Assembly (NCBI GenBank): GCA_951406725.2
Contig: OX597815.1
Coordinates: forward strand, 132,618,001-132,682,000
DNA length: 64,000 nt
Direction: 5' to 3'
From: Octopus vulgaris
Lineage: Eukaryota
In this document: positions 28,047 to 40,333 of the stretch, in pieces
How the letters are laid out: each line of letters starts with the position of its first letter
Position numbering within the stretch: position 1 is the stretch's first letter
Translations under genes and position numbers: made by a program
Notes under the pieces: model-generated
The model's input: only the letters and a program-made list of their open reading frames with translations
What the model was told of the DNA's origin: nothing
The model's database searches: none

Positions 28047-28810
28047 ATCTTTATTAGCCACGAAGAGCCGAACACAGAGGGGACAATTACAATGTAGAGC
28101 TTTACTTTTCGGATGAAAACAAAAAGAGGAAAAAATTCTGATCAAAAAGGATCGTGTAAAAAAACTTCCGATCAAAAGGAATTGTGTATCACAGAACAGA
28201 GTAAAAATGTAAAAAAAATAGATTAGGTTTATCCGTGGAAAGAAAAAGCCTACGAAAAAGACCACGGTAACCTCAGGCAGGGAAGAAAAAAAACACATGA
28301 GACCAAAGTGCAATCTCTCTCTTTTTTGGATTTACAGGATCATGCTCAAATGGGGTTTCGTCATTTGCGCGTACCATCTTTGCTACCTTTTATTGAATCT
28401 TTCATAAGACAAAACTTTCCTCTCTATTCGCACCTTCCTTTGCAAGTGGTACTTGAAAACGTTGATGAGCGAATGGCAAGAGAGGAAAGCGTTTGTCTCT
28501 AAACATTTCGGTCGAGTCCACCACACACATTCTTTTACCATGGCCACCACTACGATGAAAACTGCCTTGCCTTCTCCGTTAAGGCGAACAAACCTGTTCA
28601 TCGTCGATTATGAAGTGCCGGAGATATCGCATTCTCAGAACATGTTTGCGCATCATCAACCACGACATGCCCAGCCTTCCAATTAGTCGGTGTTGACAGC
28701 AAATGGATAGCTTAACAAACGGAAAGCTTCCCTTCCACAAAAACGGAAGAGTATGCGTTTCAGTTTGATGATGGTAGAGCCGGGACAAGAAAACGACAAG
28801 ACAGTCGCCC
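28047..28810 (-). mobile_element. 5'-truncated Tx1/L1-clade LINE remnant (ORF2 C-terminus and 3'UTR) ending at (GATA)n
   Basis: Minus peptide EGKAVFIVVVAMVKECVWWTR...FKYHLQRKVRIERKVL resembles Tx1 ORF2 tails. T-rich 3'UTR ends GGCTAATAAAGAT, then (CTAT)n. Confidence 0.7.
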
Positions 28811-29620
28811 ATGCATACCGGCCTCCCATCTACATGCCGCCAATGTCATCCAAGGGAAGGGCAAATGCCGATACAGCTTGGCACATGTGACGTCATAACT
28901 CATTTCTACAGCTGAGTAACGTGAAATTCTACATTTCTACAGCTGAGTAACTGGAGCAACGTGAAATAAGGTGTTTTGCTCAAGAACACAACACGCAGCC
29001 CGGTCCGGGATTCGAACGCACAACCTCACGATCGTAAGCTCGATGCTCTAAGCACTGAGCCATGCGCCTTCACACTTAAGATATGTGTGTGTGTGTGTGT
29101 GTGTGTTCATAATTATACATGCGTATATATGTGAGTGTGTGTGCGCTCGTGCATGTGTGTGTTTGTGTTCGTATATGTGTATTTATTAATGTACGTATAT
29201 ATACGTATATATATATATATTTGTATATTTAAAAAAATTAAAGCCGTACGAAGCTGTTTTTAAGAGAATATTATCGTATAAAGGTGTGTGTTCAATCCGT
29301 TCGATTGTAATCGGCCTGTATAAAAACAAACGACTCAAAAATCGTACTCGGGAAGGCTTCACCAAGACTTGTCTACAAATAGAATGTGTTATGAGTTGTG
29401 GATCATACCATCAGATCATACGATGCATGCGCTTCCGCGTCGATACACTTAGTCAACTATGCAAACCAAGTACTTTTGCTTACAAAACCGATAAAAATAT
29501 GTTTATAGAAGGCTAGGAAGATAATTTTGTCCCGAGAGGATTCTTGCAGTATTTGGTCTTTTCACGGTCGATTACAATCGAACGTGTTCAATATGATTTT
29601 ACAGGATATGATTTGTGTGA

Positions 29621-29661
<41 letters not shown>

Positions 29662-30437
29662 GTGACAATTATTCGGTAGCCATGATAAAACTCCGAGTTT
29701 TGGATATCGGAGAGGAAACCCACGTCACCATCCCTTCCGTTATCCGGCCATCAGATAAGTGTTATGAAAATGACCGTTAAACAAATGGAAATTACTGTGT
29801 GATTGACCGTTATTAAGCCAAAAGAGCTATTAGAATGACCGCTAAGTGAGGGGAGGGAGTAAAGGTAAGGGAATAAAAATGTTCATAGTTTTCGAGTAAG
29901 CGCGCATGTCCATACCTACACATGCGCGCCCGCACACCTACGTACATGCGCGTATATGTATGTACTCATCCACCCTCACTTGAAACAGACACATGCTCAC
30001 CCATACATTCGCCAAAACATATATACATACCCGCACTCACGCTCGTACACACACACACACGCGCGCACAAAATAGGTTCATGCACACGTCTATATACGCA
30101 CATGCAGAAGAAAAAACAGGACGAAAGGCAAAATACAGAAAAATGTGTAAAAAAGTATTAAAAAATTAGCAATAAGAGTAAAACACGTCTACAGACGCAC
30201 ATACCCATATGCACTCACAGACACACGTCTATATACGCGCATACCCGCCCACGTTTATATACGCACACATACGCGCGCGCACAAAAGAGGGTTCATACAC
30301 ATGTCTATATACACACATACTCGCATGCACGCACACGTACACGTCTATATACGCAGGGTGGAAGGTAGAATACAGAAAAAATATGCGTAAAAAATATAAG
30401 AGCAATAAACTTATAAAACAATATCTCTGTAAATATG

Positions 30438-30490
<53 letters not shown>

Positions 30491-30552
30491 ATAAAACGGT
30501 AAGATAACAAAAGAAAGAAAGAGACCTCAATATTATGTAAATAGAGGAAATT

Positions 30553-30909
30553 TATCTATACAATATGTTACATTACTCGGTAGTCAAGATAAAACTCTGA
30601 GTTTCAGATGCCGAAGTGGAAATCCACAACACCATCTCTTCGGTTATCTGGCTATTTGAAAACGTTATGAAAAAATACCGTTAAAAATGAAGGGAAATTA
30701 CTCTGTTATAACTCTGCTTTGCCGAGCGATGTATAAGTACGCAGGCAAAGCAGAGTTATAACAGAGTAATTTCCCTTCATTTTTAACGGTATTTTTTCAT
30801 AACGTTTTCAAATAGCCAGATAACCGAAGAGATGGTGTTGTGGATTTCCACTTCGGCATCTGAAACTCAGAGTTTTATCTTGACTACCGAGTAATGTAAC
30901 ATATTGTAT

Positions 30910-30914
<5 letters not shown>
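30553..30914. repeat. Palindrome with 171-bp arms and a 20-bp spacer
   Basis: 30553-30723 appears to be the exact reverse complement of 30744-30914; a diverged single arm lies at ~29655-29800. Confidence 0.95.
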
Positions 30915-30944
<30 letters not shown>

Positions 30945-31019
30945 GGTGTAAAAATATATGTAAAAAGATAAAAAGCTTGTACGTGGACACAATATAGAAA
31001 GCAAGTCCTATCTGCAATC

Positions 31020-31852
31020 TCGCGTATGGGGGGACCAAAACGTAACAAATATTTAGCCACATCTGGACATGTTCTGAAAAGTTTAGTTCTTGAATTTAGA
31101 CATTTGGCGGGGTTTAAGCTGCTTTTCCAGATGAGTCATCTTTCCATATCACAAAGACTGCCGTTGGTGTAGGGCTTACACTTGGCTAAGATCTTCCAAT
31201 GAATGTTGTAACTGACACCTTTATCTTTTAAGGACCATATATGACTGGATAATTTGGTCGTTTTCCTTTTATTCCAGTGCCTGATGCTCAAGGTGTGATT
31301 ATTGAACCTGGCCTTGAAATTACCCTCTGTAAGGCCCACGTATTTCTTCGTCGAAACTATGTCTTTAGTGGTAGCTTCGTAGATGATGGTCTCGAACATG
31401 CAAGCTCCATTTAGCGGGCACACATTTTTATCCCTGCATGAACAGCTGGTTTCATATTGTGGTTTTTGTGTGTTGTGTGCGATTATATTTTTACAATTAA
31501 TGGTTGAGCTGAAATTGATTTTTAAGTTATGTCTATTGAAGAGCTTTCTGTAACTATGGCTGACTGGAAAATGTTTATCTATCAGTGCTAAGAAATACTT
31601 GCCTATATTGAAAGTCCCGTCGGGTGAATAGATGGGGTGAACCAGATAGTTTACCTATTCCTATGTTTCTTCCTATTTATTATTGAACTGGTGGCAGGTG
31701 TATAGATTATTTCCTCGCTAAATCCACTATCTTTTAGAGCCTTATTATATACTGGGGCAACGCTATTAAAAATGTCCCTATCGGAGGAGAGGCTAGAAAT
31801 TATTTTGCTAATGTTTTTAACTAAATATTTAATAGACATAACTTAAAAATCA
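31020..31852 (-). pseudogene. Penelope-like element remnant, Naiad-like C-terminal linker plus GIY-YIG endonuclease
   Basis: SLSSDRDIFNSVAPVYNKALKDSGF...IGKYFLALIDKHFP..KLFNRHNLK...CSCRDKNVCPLNGAC..IIYEA..YVGLTEGNFKARFNNH..LSSHIWSLK..LNSR; contains stops and deletions. Confidence 0.85.
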
Positions 31853-32545
31853 GTTACAGCTTGACAACCGATGCTGGTGTGTTTACATCCCTGTAACTTA
31901 GCGGTTCGGCAAAAGAGACCGATAGAATAAGTACTAGGCTTACAAAGAATAAGTCATGGGGTCGATTTGCTCGACTAAAAAGGTGGTGCTCCAGCATGGC
32001 CACAGTCAAATGACTGAAACAAGTAAAAGAGAGACTCAACATCATTCTTTAGTATGCTATGATTTTTCACAAGCATAAAATATATATATCCGAATTTGTT
32101 ATCTTCTATTTCCTTCATCAAACCTTCTGTAATAATTCCTGTTGTATACTACATGCACTGAGGAGAACAATATGTAATTAGTTTAATTTAATCAAATTAA
32201 TTTTAATAAGTCTACCATGTTATTTACATGTTAATATTGCTGTTTGAAACGATCAGATGCATGTATTAACATTCTTTTAAATTTTAACATTTTCTTGTCT
32301 CCATTTTTAACATACTTGTTCAGTCATCATGGGATACTTTTCCATAAATTCACTTAACACAATATACATGTAATAATTCTATATTCGCAAAAACCTTACG
32401 CCAGTAAGCTAACAGCAAAATATGAAGAATCTTTGTTAGAAATCTCTCTTTGGAACCCTCTAAAATAAAGGATGACATATAATTCAACCTCTCCACATAT
32501 ATATATAAAAATATATACATAAAGAGAGAGAGTGTGAGAGAGAAT

Positions 32546-32577
<32 letters not shown>

Positions 32578-32692
32578 CAATCCATATATATATATACACT
32601 ACTATCCAAAAGTATATACACGAGTGTGAGTGAGTGTGTGTGTGAGTATGTGTGCGTGTGTGTGCGTATGTATGTGTGTGTGTGTGTATATA

Positions 32693-34343
32693 CACCACTA
32701 TCCAAAATTTTAAGATCACTTACAAAAGTTTGTTTCACATTGGAATTTTTAGTTCAGAGTCATTGATTTAGATTGGTATAAAAATATGGAATAATATATT
32801 GTATAAAGTTTGGGGTTTATCCGACATGGAATAATACTATTTATACATATTTATATGCAAATAATACTATTTATATATATCGTATACGCAAATAATCATA
32901 TTTATTGATGGCAAGCGTATCTGGGAATGTTGTCAAAATCATTTTGGCATCAACTTATTGGCAACATTGCAATACCTTTTGATTATTTCCACTCCTCATA
33001 TGCTGTCGGTTGAGATAACACTACTTAATGACTGCATTAAATGTGTTATGGTTCCTTTCATGTTCAATTATTAAAATTAAGAATAATTATAATGAAATTC
33101 CTAAAAATCAACCTAAATATGGGCAAAACCAGTAATTTATCACCCGAAAAGAGACAAGGCATTATCGCATTACTTAATGAAAGCTATAGTTTTCGAGATA
33201 TAGCAAACAAAATGTTTGAGTTTCCAACGCTACCATCTGCTCCACCATTGTAAGATATAACAAAACAGGGAAAATAACGACAGAACTTAGTCAGGTCGTC
33301 CAAAAGTAAATTCTAAATCACGGGATAGGTTCGTCAGAGTCACCAGTCTTCGAAACAGGACCCTAACATCAAATGAAATCGCTGCACATGTAAGTGAAGC
33401 CAACGAAACTAACGTATCTTGTACAACCGTGAGGAGAAGACTCATTGCTGCTGGTCTAAATCGCCGTTGCACTGCCAGAAAACGAGTGCGTTGAACTGTC
33501 AATAAACATAAGCGACTTATATGGGCCAGAAAACAAGAAACTTGGACCGTTGATCAATGCAAACGATTCCTCTGGTCTGATGAATCAAAGTTTGAAATCT
33601 TCGGACCTTGGCGTAGCGTTTATATAAGGAGAGGAATTGAGGAATGGATGACTCGTGAGTGTATAGTACCAAATATAAAGTATGGTGGGTGAAGTGTGAT
33701 GATCTGGAGGTGTTTTGCAGGCAATAGTTTTGGGGATATTCATCGGTTAACTCGGGTAACAGGAATATTGAACCAAAACCGGTATCACTCTATCCTCCAG
33801 TGTCATGTCATTCCATTTGGGACGAGGTTGATCGTTGATGATTTCGTGCTTATTCAAGATAACGATCCTAATCATACTTCTAAGCTATGCAAAAATTACT
33901 TCGAGAAGGAAATGGATGGAAAATAGTCGACTATAATGGAATGGCCGAGCCCAACTCTACCGACTGCAATCCTGTAAAAATTATGTAAGATGAATTGGAT
34001 CACAGAGTCAAAAAGCAACAATCAAGTAATGCAGAAACCCTGTGGACACTTACAAGTGGAGTGGTAAATTATTACCAGCTAATATTTGCGTTCATTGGAG
34101 GGAAGAATGTCTAGAGTATGTCCTACATTGATCAACGCCAGTGGCGGATATTTCGATGAGTCCGAAATTTAGAGATATTCTCTCATTTTTCCCAGTTTTG
34201 TTTAGTTGCAGAGCTAATTATGTCTTCCAATGAATATAACTATACATTAATAAAATATTTCACCAGAATCTCTCAGTTATTTCCATTTTGTAGTTGTTTT
34301 GTCAAAATAAGCTTAGGTGATTTTAAACCTTTGCATAGTAGTA
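32693..34343 (+). mobile_element. Tc1-family transposon; degenerate transposase ~33119-34172
   Basis: Diverged TIRs CACCACTATCCAAAATTTTAAGATCAC / GTGATTTTAAACCTTTGCATAGTAGT. Motifs MGKTSNLSPEKR, WSDESKFEIFG, QDNDPNHTS, GGYFDESEI*. Confidence 0.9.
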
Positions 34344-34394
34344 TATGTATATTTATATATATATATAGATATATATATATAGATATATATATAT

Positions 34395-34447
<53 letters not shown>

Positions 34448-35090
34448 TACACACACTCACGCACGCACGCCCGCTCATACACACACATATATATATACAT
34501 ATATTTATACGGAGTGTTCTTTACTTTATTTGTATATGTATTTGATTATTCAAAGCAGACTGGAGATAGTGTTTACCAAGATCAACAATAGTTAATTTTC
34601 TAATCTTATATATACATCAGCAACACAAGGCACGGCAGGAGGTGGACTCAAGTGTCTTGCTGTAATTTCGGCTTCCTTTTAATAATATTCAATTCAATTA
34701 CAATCGTATGTCTCTCAGGAAATAAATGAATATCACAAATAGCATTTTCTAATAGATTACACAAAGAGAAGATATTTACTAAGTCGTCTGGATATATAAC
34801 TGTTGTCTGGAGGGACTTGATTACATATCCTGTAGCTATCCCTCTACTGTGGATTTGGCCAAGTTGCCCACCTTTGTGTAAATATGATAAAGTGACTTCT
34901 AGCTAACTATGGACAAAACAAGAATTCTGATGATAAGTATTAACTGATAATTTTACTTTAAATCTTCCAGTATGTGATTGTTGGAGATGTATGGTTATTA
35001 CTCACTCCGTCTTGTTTTTAAGTAGTCTCTCGCAATGATTTCTCTTTCACTTAGTTTCATGTACAGACAGAATGTGCATTCTTGAATGTG

Positions 35091-35125
<35 letters not shown>

Positions 35126-35330
35126 CGTGTGAGAGTGTTGGTATTACTATAAATTATACATATAATACAGAGAATATTTGAATTTCAAATGAAGCCAGCG
35201 AACAATTCTTGGCGGGATATGAAAGCAAGTAACTAAAACTATGAAGAAAAAAGGCCGACGACAACATTCAAAAACGTGTATAGATTAAAGTTTCTTATTA
35301 GATTTGTGTGTTTGTATATATATATACATA

Positions 35331-36552
35331 CAGGGGTTCGACAAAATAATGGAAACATCTTAAAATTTCAAAGAAATGTATTTTCATATGGAGTAGGACT
35401 GACTTTGGCAGTATTACAGTTTGAATTCTACGAGGTATGGACTCGTACAACGTTTGGATTGTTTCCAAAGGAATGTTGGTCAATTCTTCAGCTAAAGCAG
35501 TCTCCAGTTCTTGTAGTGATGTTGTTGGAGGATATCGACTCCTTACTTGTGTTTCTAAAATGTACCATAAATGTCTAATAATAATGAGATCTGGGGAACT
35601 GTGGTGACCAGATAAGATGTTCAACTTCACTGGAATATTATTCGTGCCGTTGTGAATTGGTGCATTATCATCCTGAAAGATTGTGTTTCCCTCCGGAAAT
35701 AGTTCCGCAACCATAGGATGAGTTTCATCAGATATAATGCTTAAATAGTATTTATTAATTCTGCCATGAAGGGAAACCATTGAGCCGGCAGATTTCCAAA
35801 ATATAGTGCTCCAGGTCATCACAGATCCTCTTCCATGGTTAACAGTTGGAAGAAGGCAGTTTGGGTAAAATGCTTCTTTTGGCTGTATCCACACGTATAC
35901 TCAGCCGGTGGTCGGAAATAAGGTAAAGGATGACACGCCCAAGAAAATAACATTCTTCCATTGCTCTAGAGACCAATTCTATAGGCTTTTACTCTACTTT
36001 AAACGCTTTGCAATGTTTGTTTTTGAAAGTAGTGATTTTCTGATTGCAGCCCTCCCGTGAAATCCGGCTTTGTACAGCTCCCGGCAAACAGTTTTTGTGG
36101 TCATTAAGCTCTGCAGTAATTTTGGGAGCTGTACTTTTGTGATCCTTTCTAACAATTCGCATAAGAGTCCAACAGTCCCTATCTGCAAGTTTTGGTTTTC
36201 TTCAGGAGTTTTGTTTCGACGAGGAGGTTTTTTCTCAAAGGTTGTCATTATTTTCGATACAGTACTTCTTCATACACCAAACATTTCGGCTGTTTTCGTT
36301 ACGCTAGCACCTTCCATACGAGCACCAACAATTTTCCCTCTTTGAAAGAACGATAGATCTGCCATTTTAATGCATTTTAATTATCATTTTCTGATGATAT
36401 CTGAAAAGAAATATCAATTTTAGCAAAACATATTGAACAGCACTAATAATAAATCAAAAACATAAGAATAAACAAGCTTTTGATGGTTTTATAGATATTT
36501 CAAAATTATGATGCTATGATGCTAGATGCATTCATTTTTTGTCCAACCCCTG
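35331..36552 (-). mobile_element. Tc1-family transposon; degenerate transposase ~36365-35383
   Basis: TA-CAGGGGTTCGACAAAA / TTTTGTCCAACCCCTG-TA. Motifs MADLSFFQRGKIVGAR, PTVNHGRGSVM, FQDDNAPIH, SPDL, LYESIPRRI. Confidence 0.92.
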
Positions 36553-36936
36553 TATATGTGTGTGTATGTGTGCACACACAAGGCACACACCTACATGCAC
36601 GCACACACACACACGCACACACACATATACACATATTTAATATATGCGTGCGCGTGTGTGGGCGTGTTTGTTTGTGTATGTGCATGTGTGTGTACGTGTG
36701 TGTGTGGATATGTGTGTGTGCGCACGTGCAAACCCCTTTATTTACCACTCTCAAATTGCCTGAATGTCCTGTGCACCTAATGAAATATTTTGCTATTCGC
36801 TTCTATGGTAGTGAGTACTTCTCCCCAGCAGTTAACACTGAACGGGTGTATGTAATCAGAAACATACATACATGCATTCATACATACATACATACATACA
36901 TACATACATACATACATACATACATACATACATACA

Positions 36937-38420
36937 ATATCGCAAAAGCATATCCGAAGTAGTCAGCCTCTCTGTGATGTTGTTTATACATTTTGTAAAC
37001 GTAGGTGTGTGCTTTGTGCGTGCACACATACACACACACACACGCACACATACACACACATATACAGCGGTTGGACAAAAAAATGAAAACACCTAACATC
37101 ATAGGATCATAATTTTGAAATATCTATAAAACCGTCAAAAGCTTGTTTATTCTTATGTTTTTGATTTATTATTATACATTTTGTAAACCCCTTGTTATTC
37201 ATGTTAAGGAAGTATGAAGGATATCTCACTCGTTCACAAGGAAACAATAATACCAAAATCACACACTGTGTCTTTGTGGATGACTTAAAACTTTATGCAT
37301 TGAATATGCTGTGGATGAAAATGAGCCATTCCTAATTACAACATTCTCAAATGCTGTAGGGTTCGAGTTTTGTCAGGATAAATGTTGTTATATGGTTGTG
37401 AAATGTGGGGAAACTATAAACCAGACTAGTAACAGTTCCATCTATGATTTGACTGTTTCTCCTGTATCTGACTAGGAATGTTACAGGATTCAAAGACTCG
37501 AAAGGCAGCTCCTTGAGCAACATTCTTTGACTGATAACCTAGAATACATGTCCAAAGAGGTCGCACGACTCTGCCGCAACGTATCATCAGATGAAAGGAA
37601 GAGCCTATATGAGCAGAAACTATGCATGAATATGTTAGTAGAAAGCTCTGTGATGATAGTAACATCGATCACCAAAGCAGTTTATCATGGACAAATAGCC
37701 AGAATACTACCTCCCTCTTTGAAGGGTATGCGTTTCGAATCTACGAACAGGAAATATCAACCAAGTACCTGAGGCACAAAAGGAATGGAGATGCAGGAAA
37801 AGCCGTACAATGTAACAACCGATGCAGACTTTGTGGCGTTCACACTGAAGATATCACCCACATCATGACGTTGTAGATAGAACACTCTCTAATGAAACCC
37901 ATCGGTAGGATAATTCCGAGGACAAAGAAATAAAAACCTACCATATGGTAGAAGCCATAGTCATTCATAATATAAAGGAATACTGGTGGAATGTACCAGT
38001 GAAGACCTCAATAAAATGTAAGCACAATAGACCTGATATAAGGATTTCGGGTAGAGTTGTGGAAATAAGCTGTCCGGTGGATGCTAACATAAAGCTGAAG
38101 TGAAAAAGAGAACACCTATGCTGAACTATTGAGAAATCTGCAGTTGTTCTATCCAGATTACAAGTTCAGATTTATGCCTTTAATTATTGGAACCCTGGGA
38201 TATGTAACACAATACCTAAATACCAATCTTGAGAAATTAAGCTTCTTAAAACCAGAAAGAAGAAAGCTAATTCATGGACAACAGATCTAATCCACCACTG
38301 GAACTCTAAAAATCTGTAAAACTTTCCTGAAGTCTATCATTTAAATTTGTATGAGCATTACTAGACATGCAACTATATGCATGCGAATACATACATAAAA
38401 CCTACAAATCTGCACATACA
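36937..38420 (+). pseudogene. R4-clade (RLE) non-LTR retrotransposon remnant in (CATA)n, interrupted at ~37001-37188
   Basis: SLSVMLFIHFVNPL...ITHCVFVDDLKLYA (RT), CRLCGVHTEDITH (zinc knuckle), HNRPD and IIGTLGY (RLE). Confidence 0.85.
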
Positions 38421-38482
38421 TACATACATACATACATACAAACATACATACATACATACATACATACATACATACATACATA

Positions 38483-39412
38483 CTCTACCGCAGCGTATCA
38501 TTGGATGAAAGGATGAACGTATATCAGAAGACCATGCTTGGATATGCAAATAAAAATCGCCGAGATGACAGTAACATTGATCATCAAACCAGTTTATTAT
38601 GGACCAAAAACTGGATTATTACTTTCCACTTTGAAAGGTGTATGTTTACAATCCAGGAACATGAAATATCAACATATACCTGATACACAAAAGGGACAGA
38701 GATGCAGGAAAAGCAGCAAAATGTGACAACCGATGCAGACTTTGTGGAGTAAACACCGAAGATATCGCCCACATTATAAACAGTTATCGGAAAATGTCAT
38801 CACGCTATTATCTACCGATAAGACCTAATGCTGTAGCTAGGACACTGTATAACGAGTTCCGTCAGAAGTATATCCCCGAGGACAAAGAAATAAGAACCCA
38901 CAATATGGTAAAAGCCATAGCCACTCATAATAAAAAAGGAGTACTGATGGAATGTTCCAATGTAGACCTCAATAAAATGTAAACACAACAGACCTGACTT
39001 AATGATTTTGGATGCAGTATAGAAACTGTGTAGAGTTGTGGCAATTAGCAGCCCAGTGGATGTTAGCATAAAGTTAAAGATCAGTGAAAGAGACAATATC
39101 TACGCCGAACCATTGAGAAGTCTATAGTTACTCTATCCAGATTGCAAGTTCATGTTTATACCTGTAATTATTGGAGCACTGGGATATGTAAGACACTCCC
39201 TAAATATCAATCTTGAGAAATTAAGCTTCCCCCCACCAAGACAAATCACAGAAAACTTATTCGAAGACTGCAGATCCAATCCATCAACGGAACTGTAAAA
39301 ATCTGTCAAACTTTACAGACGTTCATCATCTAAGTGTATATCAGCATGTCTGGATATGCAACTATATACATGAGGCTACATACATAATACAAAATATACG
39401 AATCTGCACACA
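38483..39412 (+). pseudogene. Second tandem R4-clade remnant (3' half)
   Basis: IQEHEIST, CDNRCRLCGVNTEDIAH, MSSRYYLPIR, HNRPDL, PVIIGALGYV, LQIQSINGTVKIC; flanked by (CATA)n. Confidence 0.85.
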
Positions 39413-39906
39413 TGCATGCATACATACATACATACATACATACATACATACATACATACATACATACATACATACACACATACATACACACATACATACA
39501 TACATACACACACACATATACATACATATATAGATATGCAACTACATACATGAGAATACATACATAACGCAAAACATACAAATCTGCACATATACGTCCA
39601 TACATAGATACATACATGCAAACAAAAAACAGTAGAAAAAGAGCCAACAACTGATGAAGGGTCGTTCTTTATGGTGTTTGTCGTATTTTCCATTTGTGTT
39701 TTTCGTTGTTCGAGAAAAATATTTCATATTCCATGCACTCGTGCTTCGTATTTTTTGTTGTACAAGTTTCATGACGTCCTGTGCCCACATATGCAGATAT
39801 ATATATATATATATAATATTATTAGAGACAAAACCACTATTTTGCAAAACAAACAAGGAAAGACTTAATCAATACATAAAATTTTAATAAAAAGTCAAAA
39901 AAACCG

Positions 39907-39949
39907 CCACTACAATTGTTTCTTGTCTTGATCGACAATCTTCAGGTGG
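39907..39949 (-). ncRNA. Minimal hammerhead ribozyme (mirror copy)
   Basis: Reverse complement of 39987-40029. Confidence 0.75.
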
Positions 39950-39986
39950 ACTTCCAATAAGTATTTGAAACTGACTTATTGGAAGT

Positions 39987-40029
39987 CCACCTGAAGATTG
40001 TCGATCAAGACAAGAAACAATTGTAGTGG
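39987..40029 (+). ncRNA. Minimal type I hammerhead ribozyme
   Basis: CCAC-CTGAAGA-TTGTC-GATCAA-GACAA-GAAA-CAATTG-TA-GTGG: canonical core, GUA cleavage triplet, palindromic stem III. Confidence 0.75.
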
Positions 40030-40270
40030 CGGTTTTTTTGACTTTTTATTAAAATTTTATGTATTGATTAAGTCTTTCCTTGTTTGTTTTGCAAAATAGT
40101 GGTTTTGTCTCTAATAATATTATATAATATTTTACTATAAAATTGGATTTAATCCTAAATCTGTTTTTTTCCCTGTAAATTTGGATTTATTCCCTAATAT
40201 TTATTATTATATATATATATATATATACTCCTATAGATGTAAGTATGCATATATACGTATGTATATATGC

Positions 40271-40333
<63 letters not shown>

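Larger units (their letters stand above)
39810..40126. repeat. Palindrome with 153-bp arms and an 11-bp spacer
   Basis: 39810-39962 appears to be the exact reverse complement of 39974-40126; spacer ATTTGAAACTG. Confidence 0.95.

Noticed and set aside
31136-31138. In-frame TGA in the Naiad-like PLE as selenocysteine (some Naiads are selenoproteins)
   Set aside because: The TGA is not at a conserved Cys position, the linker Cys codons are TGT/TGC, and the copy has other lesions; likely a nonsense mutation.
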